44,526 nt of DNA from IMG/VR virus record IMGVR_UViG_3300030095_002546, positions 1 to 44,526 of that record; one strand, written 5' to 3'. Source of the DNA: a virus (taxonomy: Duplodnaviria > Caudoviricetes). The translations under genes and the position numbers were made by a program. Of this stretch, positions 37,373 to 44,526 are shown piece after piece. The number at the start of each line of letters is the position of its first letter. Within the stretch, counting starts at the first letter, position 1. The notes below the pieces were generated by a model that worked only from the letters and a program-made list of their open reading frames with translations, was not told the DNA's origin and did not search any database.

Positions 37373-37610
37373 AGATTTAACTTTCATTAAGACAATGACG
37401 GCCTTACGAGAAATTATGCAAGGCGATAAGTTACTACACCCAATACAAATTAATAAACATACAATTAGCGACCAGAAAAGATTGGGTGCTGGCGGAGCTG
37501 AGTATGTTGAAAAGAAATTTAGTGTATGGAAAGGTAGTCAAAGAGTACAGGCTGCCAAGAGTTTAGGTTATACACATATAGAGGCAATAATATTAAATGA
37601 CACTAACTAA
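37317..37610 (+). CDS. Small ParB/Srx-N-like protein
   Basis: LLHPI.I...VWKGSQRVQAAKSLGYTHIEAII resembles the ParB box II (GxRR..A...LG). Start revised to 37317. Confidence 0.5.
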   Translation: MKILKAQQPHPKKIVVAIEDLTFIKTMTALREIMQGDKLLHPIQINKHTISDQKRLGAGGAEYVEKKFSVWKGSQRVQAAKSLGYTHIEAIILNDTN

Positions 37611-37791
37611 ACAAGAAAGAACCATTATTACAATGGGCGAAAATAAACAAAAGATGACTCGTAAGGTTGATACTTACGAATACGAATCTTTGGCAGAATG
37701 TATAAGGAGCGACCAAGTACCAGCAAGTGAAGTAGCAGAAATTTTTACTGATAAAGAATATTATAAATGGTATAAAAAGAAGTATCTATGA
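37597..37791 (+). CDS. Small hypothetical protein
   Basis: Overlaps both neighbours; YESLAECIRSDQVP motif. Confidence 0.55.
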   Translation: MTLTKQERTIITMGENKQKMTRKVDTYEYESLAECIRSDQVPASEVAEIFTDKEYYKWYKKKYL

Positions 37792-39413
37792 CAGACGCAT
37801 ATCTAGGTAATCCAAATTTAAAAAAGGTTAACACACCTGTTGAATATTCTAAAGAACAAATTATAGAATATGAGAAGTGTGCTAATGACCCTATCTATTT
37901 TATGGAAGAGTATGTAAGAATTGTATCGCTTGATGAAGGTCTTGTACCTTTTAAAATGTATCCTTTTCAAAGACACATAGTTAAAACTATACACGATAAT
38001 AGATTTACCATATGTAAACTACCTAGACAATCAGGTAAATCAACAACAACTATTTCTTATCTATTGCATTATGCTTTATTTAATCCTAATTCTAATGTTG
38101 CTATACTTGCCAACAAATCATCAACTGCTAGAGATATACTAGGAAGATTGCAACTTGCATATGAAAACTTACCAAAATGGTTACAACAAGGTGTTATAAA
38201 CTGGAACAAAGGTAATATAGAATTAGAAAACAAATCAACTATTGTGGCGGCTGCAACATCTTCAAGTGCAATTCGAGGTGGTTCTTTTAATATTATTTTC
38301 CTTGACGAGTTTGCTTTCGTACCGGCTAATATTGCCGAACAGTTTTTCTCTTCTGTTTATCCTACAATTTCCTCTGGTAAAAGTACAAAGATGATTATTG
38401 TATCTACACCTCACGGAATGAATATGTATTATAAACTATGGTCAGACGCAGAAAATGGTAACAATGATTATGTACCTATAGAAGTGCATTGGTCAGAAGT
38501 ACCAGGCCGTGATGAGAAATGGAAAGAAACTACTATTAGAAACACCAGTCCGGAACAGTTTGCTTCGGAGTTTGAGTGTGAGTTTCTTGGTTCTATTGAT
38601 ACATTAATTAATCCATCTAAAATTAAAGCAACAGCACATAAGACACCAATAGAAAGTAGAGGTGGTTTATCTGTATTTGAAAAACCAATTAAAGAACACC
38701 AATATGTTTGTACAATTGATGTTGCTCGTGGTGTTGTAAAAGATTATTCTGCCTTTGTTGTATTTGATGTAACAAGAGTACCTTATAAGGTTGTTGCAAC
38801 TTATAAAAACAATGAAATAAAACCTTTCGTATTTCCTAGTATAATTGAGAAGACTTGTAAGGCATACAATACGGCACATGTATTAACCGAGGTCAATGAT
38901 TTAGGTCAACAAATTGCCGAGACTTTACATTTAGAAATGGAATACGATAACATGTTAATGACTACACAAAGAGGAAGAGCAGGTCAAATTTTAGGTATTG
39001 GCTTTAGTGCTAGAGGTTCTTCTACAGGTGTAAGAATGACAAAACAAGTTAAGAAGATTGGTTGTTCTAACTTTAAAGATATTATAGAATCAGACAAGAT
39101 ATTCATTAATGACTTTCAGATTATTGAAGAAATGTCCACTTTTTCCAGAAGAGGTAATAGTTGGATGGCTGAAGAAGGATGTAATGATGACCTTATGACT
39201 TGTCTAATACTATTTGGTTGGTTATCTAATCAACAATACTTTAAAGAAATGACTGATTTAAACATAAGAGCTCAATTACACGAAGAACAAAAGAACTTAA
39301 TTGAGCAAGACATGGCACCATTTGGCTTCGTGGACAATGGTGTGGACGAAGTTGAACCGGATATTGACGAGTATGGTACAGTTTGGCACCCGGTAACAAG
39401 AAAAGGTCTATAA
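37788..39413 (+). CDS. gp17: Terminase large subunit gp17
   Basis: YLGNPNLK, Walker A PRQSGKSTT, Walker B IFLDEFAF, IVSTPHG, nuclease DVARG...DYS and NDDL. Confidence 0.96.
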   Translation: MTDAYLGNPNLKKVNTPVEYSKEQIIEYEKCANDPIYFMEEYVRIVSLDEGLVPFKMYPFQRHIVKTIHDNRFTICKLPRQSGKSTTTISYLLHYALFNPNSNVAILANKSSTARDILGRLQLAYENLPKWLQQGVINWNKGNIELENKSTIVAAATSSSAIRGGSFNIIFLDEFAFVPANIAEQFFSSVYPTISSGKSTKMIIVSTPHGMNMYYKLWSDAENGNNDYVPIEVHWSEVPGRDEKWKETTIRNTSPEQFASEFECEFLGSIDTLINPSKIKATAHKTPIESRGGLSVFEKPIKEHQYVCTIDVARGVVKDYSAFVVFDVTRVPYKVVATYKNNEIKPFVFPSIIEKTCKAYNTAHVLTEVNDLGQQIAETLHLEMEYDNMLMTTQRGRAGQILGIGFSARGSSTGVRMTKQVKKIGCSNFKDIIESDKIFINDFQIIEEMSTFSRRGNSWMAEEGCNDDLMTCLILFGWLSNQQYFKEMTDLNIRAQLHEEQKNLIEQDMAPFGFVDNGVDEVEPDIDEYGTVWHPVTRKGL

Positions 39414-39424
39414 AACTCGCATAT

Positions 39425-39432
39425 CATAAATA
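39425..39432 (+). promoter_or_regulatory. Late promoter variant CATAAATA upstream of gp18
   Basis: 7/8 match to the consensus at the start of the gp17-gp18 spacer. Confidence 0.65.
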
Positions 39433-39537
39433 GATATACGAATACAATTTGAATATGGGCTTATGAATAATAAGAAATTTGAGTTAAAATGTATTCAATA
39501 ACAATGTTAAAATTAGCTAATTAAGGAGAAACACAAA

Positions 39538-41442
39538 ATGGCATTTCAAGTATCACCAGGTGTTCTCGTACAGGAAAGAGATTTAACAAGAATCATTCCA
39601 GCTGTTTCAACATCAATTGGCGCCTTTGCTGGAGATTTCAGACAAGGACCTTTAGATGAAGTAACATCTGTATCAAGCGAACAAGAGCTTGTTACGATTT
39701 TTGGTAAACCAGACAGCAATAACTTTGAAGACTTTTTTAGTGCTGCTGCTTTTTTACAATACTCAAACTCATTGAGAGTTGTACGAGCTCAAAATACTAG
39801 TATATCAAATGCAACTGCTTCAGGTAGTACATTTGTTATAAAAAATGTTACTCATTATCAAGATAACTACTCAACTGGACAAGCTTCAGTAGGTGAGTGG
39901 GCGGCTAGAACTGCTGGCGCTTGGGGAAATTCAATCCAAGTTTCAGTTTGTCCTTCAGCTACTGCTTACGAGCAAACTTCTGTAACTACTGTCAATGACG
40001 CTTCAACAGCTGTCGGAGATACAACGGTTACGGTAACTAGTGGTACACCAATTAATGTTGGTGACATTATAAACTTTGCTGAGACAGGTGGTTACGAATA
40101 TAGAGTAACAGCAAAATCAACTAACGATATAACTTTTGTAAGAAAAGAAACAGGCACAGGCGGATTACATTCTGCTTTAACTAATGGTGCAAATGTAAGA
40201 AGAAGATGGAGATATTATGACCTAGTGTCAGCTGCTCCAGGAACTTCTCCATATGTATCAGCAAGAAGTGGTGCCAATGACGAATTACATATAGTTGTAA
40301 TTGATGAAGATGGAGATATCACAGGAACTCCAGGAGAAATCCTAGAAACTTATGATTCTGTATCTAAAGCTTCAGACGCAAAAAATCCACAAGGAGACAC
40401 GAACTATTATCCAACAGTAGTATTGAATAGAAGTCAATACATTTTCTGGATGGACCATAATGCTTCAGGTTCCAACTGGGGTAATGCGGCTGCTAACTCA
40501 ACTTACACGGATGTAACTACAAATACATACACATCACTATCAAATGGTAGTAATGGTTCAAATGTTTCTGTAGGTCAAAAGAAAACTGCTTACGAAAAAT
40601 TTGAAGACGCAGATACAGTAGATGTAGGATTAATAATCGCTGGACCTGGAGACGCAACACATGTTGACAATCTTATCACAATTGCTGAGAAGAGAAAAGA
40701 CGCTGTGGTTTTTGCTTCACCAGAGAGAAGTGATGTAGTTAATGTTGCAGACGCAGTAACGCAAACTTCAAATGTTATCGGCTTTTTCAATGGTATATCA
40801 TCTTCAAGTTACATTACATTTGACTCTGGATACAAATACATGTATGACAGATACAATGATGTAAATAGATTTATCCCATTAAACGGCGACATGGCAGGTT
40901 TATCAGCAAGAACTGATTTGATTGCAGACTCATGGTTTTCACCAGCAGGTCTAAATAGAGGTCAAATTAGAGGCGCTATTAAACTAGCATATAATCCAAC
41001 TAAAACGCAACGAGACGAACTTTACAGAGCTAGAGTAAATCCTGTTGTAACTTTCCCTGGACAAGGAACATTATTGTTCGGAGATAAAACTGGTTTATCT
41101 GCTCCATCAGCATTTGATAGAATCAATGTAAGAAGACTTTTCATAACTTTAGAGAAGGCGATTGCTACTGCTTCTAAATTCCAATTGTTTGAATTCAATG
41201 ATGAATTCAGCAGAGCGAACTTTAGAAACATAGTAGAACCTTTTTTAAGAGAAGTGCAAGGTCGAAGAGGTATCACGGACTTTTTAGTAGTGTGTGATGA
41301 AACTAACAATACTGGCGAAGTAATAGACAGAAATGAATTCGTTGCAGAAATCTTTGTGAAGCCTGCAAGAAGCATTAACTTTATTACTCTTTCATTTGTT
41401 GCGACAAGAACAGGCGTAGCATTTGAAGAAGTGGCTGGGTAA
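39538..41442 (+). CDS. gp18: Contractile tail sheath protein gp18
   Basis: SPGV...E.D, WFSPAG.NRG, LFGDKT, FDRINVRRLF and KPARSINFI.L.F.ATRTG. Confidence 0.97.
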   Translation: MAFQVSPGVLVQERDLTRIIPAVSTSIGAFAGDFRQGPLDEVTSVSSEQELVTIFGKPDSNNFEDFFSAAAFLQYSNSLRVVRAQNTSISNATASGSTFVIKNVTHYQDNYSTGQASVGEWAARTAGAWGNSIQVSVCPSATAYEQTSVTTVNDASTAVGDTTVTVTSGTPINVGDIINFAETGGYEYRVTAKSTNDITFVRKETGTGGLHSALTNGANVRRRWRYYDLVSAAPGTSPYVSARSGANDELHIVVIDEDGDITGTPGEILETYDSVSKASDAKNPQGDTNYYPTVVLNRSQYIFWMDHNASGSNWGNAAANSTYTDVTTNTYTSLSNGSNGSNVSVGQKKTAYEKFEDADTVDVGLIIAGPGDATHVDNLITIAEKRKDAVVFASPERSDVVNVADAVTQTSNVIGFFNGISSSSYITFDSGYKYMYDRYNDVNRFIPLNGDMAGLSARTDLIADSWFSPAGLNRGQIRGAIKLAYNPTKTQRDELYRARVNPVVTFPGQGTLLFGDKTGLSAPSAFDRINVRRLFITLEKAIATASKFQLFEFNDEFSRANFRNIVEPFLREVQGRRGITDFLVVCDETNNTGEVIDRNEFVAEIFVKPARSINFITLSFVATRTGVAFEEVAG

Positions 41443-41463
41443 GGATAGAAAAGGAGAATAACA

Positions 41464-41991
41464 ATGGCAAACATTAATGACTTCAAAGCTAAACTTGCTG
41501 GCGGTGGCGCTAGAGCGAATCAGTATAAGGTAACTATGCCTTTTCCTGGTTACGCACAGTTAGGCGGAGAAATAGAAGAACTAGCATTTTTATGTCGTTC
41601 TACAAGTTTACCTGGTATGACCGTAGGGAATATACCTGTAAGTTTTAGAGGAAGACAAGTTAAAATTGCTGGTGATAGAACCGTAGAACCTTGGACTATA
41701 ATTGTCTATAACGATACATCATTCAAATTAAGAAACGCATTTGAAAGATGGCAAAACGGAATCAACAACATGACAGATAACGAAGGATTAACAAATCCTG
41801 CCGACTATCAAGTTGACGCTTTCGTTGACCAGTTAGACAGAAATGGTGCAACAATCAAAAGTTATACTTTAAGAGGGGCGTTCCCAACAACGATTGCTCC
41901 AATTGCGTTAACTTATGACCAAGCGGATGCTATCGAAGAGTTTGAAGTAACATTTGAATACCAATACTTTGAATCAAATACTACTACTTAA
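41464..41991 (+). CDS. gp19: Tail tube protein gp19
   Basis: GGGARAN.Y, FRGRQVKIAGDRT, W....YND..F and QLDRNG. Confidence 0.96.
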   Translation: MANINDFKAKLAGGGARANQYKVTMPFPGYAQLGGEIEELAFLCRSTSLPGMTVGNIPVSFRGRQVKIAGDRTVEPWTIIVYNDTSFKLRNAFERWQNGINNMTDNEGLTNPADYQVDAFVDQLDRNGATIKSYTLRGAFPTTIAPIALTYDQADAIEEFEVTFEYQYFESNTTT

Positions 41992-42037
41992 TAGGTAGTA
42001 TAAGTATATACAAGTAAGTATAAAGGAAAATTAAATT

Positions 42038-43555
42038 ATGGCAGATTTATTCGGATTTTCGATAACTAGGCAAAAACCTAAACAGGACCCGAAGCAAAGC
42101 TTTAATACACCTCAAGCGGATGATGGTACACAAACCATCGCCGCTGGGGGTTATTTTGGCCAGTACCTCGACATGGAGGGAAATGCTAAGAGTGAAGCCG
42201 ACCTTATTAGAAGATATAGAGAAATTGCTCTCCACCCGGAGTGCGATATGGCAATCGAAGATGTGGTAAACGAAGCAATCGTTTCCAATGAATTGAAAGC
42301 GGCCGTACGATTGAATTTAGATAACATACCATTTGGTGATGATGTCAGAAGAAAAGTTGAAGATGAATTTAAAGAAATCTTGAACATGATGGCATTTAAT
42401 ACTAAAGGGCATGATATCTTTAGAAGATGGTATGTAGATGGTAGAATGTACTATCAAAAAATTATTGATAGAGACGCTACTTATAAAGGCATAACAGAAT
42501 TAAGATATATTGACCCACGAAAGATTAAAAAAATTCGTGAAGTCAGAAAGAAAAGACCAGACGGACCTACTCCATATGGTCTATCAGTTGTTGATGAGTT
42601 TGAAGAGTATTTCCTTTTCAATGAAAAAGGAGTTACAAACTCTACATCTGGTGGAATTAAAATCGCTGTTGATACAGTAGCGTTTACACCATCAGGACTT
42701 ATTGACCAAAACAAAAATCAAGTATTATCTTATTTGCATAAGGCAATTAAACCAGTCAATCAATTAAGAATGATTGAGGACGCAGTTGTAATTTACAGAA
42801 TCGCAAGAGCGCCTGAAAGAAGAATATTTAAAATTGATGTTGGTAATTTGCCGAAGATAAAAGCTGAACAATATTTGCGTGATGTCATGGCAAGATATAG
42901 AAACAAACTTGTTTATGACGCAAGTACAGGAGAAATCCGAGACGATAGAAACTATATGTCTATGTTGGAAGACTTCTGGTTACCAAGTAGAGAAGGCGGA
43001 AGAGGTACAAGTATAGAAACTTTACCTGGTGGTCAAAATCTAGGAGAAATCGGAGATTTAGATTACTTTCAAAGAAAGCTTTACAGAGCATTAAATGTAC
43101 CTGTTAGCAGACTTGAAGCAAGTCAAGGTTTCAATATGGGTCGAAGTGCGGAGATTAGTAGAGACGAAGTTAAATTTACTAAATTTGTACAAAGATTAAG
43201 AAACAAGTTTACTGAATTGTTTAACGATATTTTAAGAACTCAATTGGTTCTTAAAGCAGTTATAGCCGAGGAAGATTGGCATACAATTAGAGAACATTTA
43301 CAATACGATTTCTTACAAGATGGTTACTTTGCAGAATTAAAACAATCTGAAATTTTAAGAGAGAGAATTCAGTTAGCAAATGAAATGCAAGGTTACATTG
43401 GTAAATTCTATTCAGTAGAATATTTAAGAAAGAATGTATTAAAACAAAATGAAAGAGAAATGGAAGATATTGACCGTCAGATTAAGAAAGAAGTTAAAGA
43501 TGGTATAATTGATTCCCCTCAAGGTCAAATTCAAAATGATGATGAGGCATTATAG
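42038..43555 (+). CDS. gp20: Portal vertex protein gp20
   Basis: RRWYVDGR, SYLHKAIKP.NQLRMIED, YRIARAPERRIF.IDVGNLP and EDFWLP.REGGRGT. Confidence 0.97.
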   Translation: MADLFGFSITRQKPKQDPKQSFNTPQADDGTQTIAAGGYFGQYLDMEGNAKSEADLIRRYREIALHPECDMAIEDVVNEAIVSNELKAAVRLNLDNIPFGDDVRRKVEDEFKEILNMMAFNTKGHDIFRRWYVDGRMYYQKIIDRDATYKGITELRYIDPRKIKKIREVRKKRPDGPTPYGLSVVDEFEEYFLFNEKGVTNSTSGGIKIAVDTVAFTPSGLIDQNKNQVLSYLHKAIKPVNQLRMIEDAVVIYRIARAPERRIFKIDVGNLPKIKAEQYLRDVMARYRNKLVYDASTGEIRDDRNYMSMLEDFWLPSREGGRGTSIETLPGGQNLGEIGDLDYFQRKLYRALNVPVSRLEASQGFNMGRSAEISRDEVKFTKFVQRLRNKFTELFNDILRTQLVLKAVIAEEDWHTIREHLQYDFLQDGYFAELKQSEILRERIQLANEMQGYIGKFYSVEYLRKNVLKQNEREMEDIDRQIKKEVKDGIIDSPQGQIQNDDEAL

Positions 43556-43563
43556 GAGAAAAT

Positions 43564-43953
43564 ATGAGTGAAGATGTAAAAAATTTCGTTGACGCATTAG
43601 CAACAGGTGATAACGCCGAGGCTGGTGAGGCATTTAAAACTGCTTTAAGAGATAAAGTAGGTGCTCAGTTAGACGATAGAAGAAAAGAATTAGCAAGTAA
43701 TTTGTTTACCGGTGAAGCAGAAGCGCATAGTGAACCAAAACCACATGTTGCCGACCCTAGCGCCGAGACAGAAACTATGTTGAATACAGACGGACAACCA
43801 ATTCAATTCGCAAATGCTCAAGGTGAGTTAGAAACTCCGGCAGCTCCAGAAGGTGAAGTAGTTGAACCTGCAACACCAGAGGTTGCTGAACCGGCACCTG
43901 AAGTTGCGGCTGAACCAGCACCCGAGGCGCCAGCTGATGTTGAAAGTAAGTAA
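43564..43953 (+). CDS. Prohead core/scaffold-like protein (gp67-like) with acidic Pro/Ala/Glu tail
   Basis: Immediately follows the portal gene; helical N-terminus and EPAPEVA repeats. Confidence 0.55.
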   Translation: MSEDVKNFVDALATGDNAEAGEAFKTALRDKVGAQLDDRRKELASNLFTGEAEAHSEPKPHVADPSAETETMLNTDGQPIQFANAQGELETPAAPEGEVVEPATPEVAEPAPEVAAEPAPEAPADVESK

Positions 43954-44182
43954 CATAGTAGAAAACAAAAAACCGATTCAATCGGACTTGTACAACGGCC
44001 TTTCGCCGAAGATGAAAGAAGCTGTTACAAAAGTTTTTGATAATGTTAATGATGTTGAAGTTACCGAGTTAGTTAATAAGTTTGACAATTCGGTTTCAAC
44101 GGTTGCAAAAGAAATGAATATTAATCAAAGTGATTTGGTAGATTACTTTGAAAGAGAAACAAATAACCAATTAGGAGTATAA
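43937..44182 (+). CDS. Hypothetical protein
   Basis: Start revised to ATG 43937; YNGLSPKMKEAV motif. Confidence 0.55.
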   Translation: MLKVSNIVENKKPIQSDLYNGLSPKMKEAVTKVFDNVNDVEVTELVNKFDNSVSTVAKEMNINQSDLVDYFERETNNQLGV

Positions 44183-44185
44183 AAA

Positions 44186-44434
44186 ATGGCAACATTTAAA
44201 ATATTAGGTGATGTAGTAAATGACCCTAGCGCAAACAATATAGGTGGTGCAAAATTTGTGAGAATTGTTGCAACTGGTGGTACCGTAACAGGTACAGTTA
44301 ATCTTGCAGACAACACAAAGATTGGTGAATTTTATTTACATGCGGCTGGAGATGAGATTGTTATTATGAAAGACCCAACAGATAAGATTACATCAGCTAC
44401 TAGTCATGCACATGCAGTATCAGTAGGCGGCTAA
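44186..44434 (+). CDS. Hypothetical small structural protein
   Basis: SD AGGAG; beta-rich, with VRIV and GDEIVIMKDPTD motifs. Confidence 0.6.
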   Translation: MATFKILGDVVNDPSANNIGGAKFVRIVATGGTVTGTVNLADNTKIGEFYLHAAGDEIVIMKDPTDKITSATSHAHAVSVGG

Positions 44435-44526
44435 TGACAATAGTATCTACTCAATTAGTTGATGATGGTTTTAAAGTAATTAATAAAATTACTGGTGCTC
44501 GTAATGAGAATGAGAAACTAATAGAA
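44434..44526 (+). CDS. Hypothetical protein (3'-truncated by the window)
   Basis: TAATG overlap; open to the window end (MTIVSTQLVDDGFKVINKITGARNENEKLIE). Confidence 0.5.
   Translation, partial: MTIVSTQLVDDGFKVINKITGARNENEKLIE

Noticed and set aside
37788-43555. Introns, inteins or homing endonucleases in gp17, gp18 or gp20
   Set aside because: All three ORFs are continuous and of typical length, with no insertion motifs.
3878-43981. Numerous short antisense or alternate-frame ORFs in the track (e.g. 3878-4174, 15342-15656, 20199-20552, 25595-25984, 41022-41486)
   Set aside because: They lie wholly or largely inside well-supported genes, lack an SD and recognisable motifs, and look like shadow ORFs.

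Overview
AT-rich segment of a T4-like marine myophage genome. It most resembles SAR11-type pelagimyophages or cyanomyophages; the host is an inference. It covers the virion structural region: the 3' part of a large VrlC/DUF4815-like protein, a long run of tail-fibre-like genes, and then the conserved gp13-gp14-gp15-gp16-gp17-gp18-gp19-gp20-prohead core block. Two enzyme islands are embedded in this late region. Island 1 (6050-17534) is two divergent operons driven from one dyad-symmetric 48-bp element. It encodes 2 radical SAM enzymes plus a free SPASM-like subunit, 2 QueC-like PP-loop ATPases, 2 glycosyltransferase-like proteins, an APS-kinase-like protein, a methyltransferase, 3 Fe(II)/2OG-type oxygenases, 2 PLP enzymes and up to 3 GNAT-like proteins. 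Island 2 (28473-34417) encodes a U32-methyltransferase fusion, a 2OG oxygenase, a sulfotransferase-like protein, a membrane transporter and a heme oxygenase plus PcyX-like bilin reductase. The fibre genes show a repeating pattern in which a C-terminal peptide motif is followed by a matching N-terminal domain in a downstream gene, suggesting a daisy-chained modular fibre. I saw no tRNA, rRNA, CRISPR array or mobile element. All product calls come from motif recognition by eye; no database searches were run.
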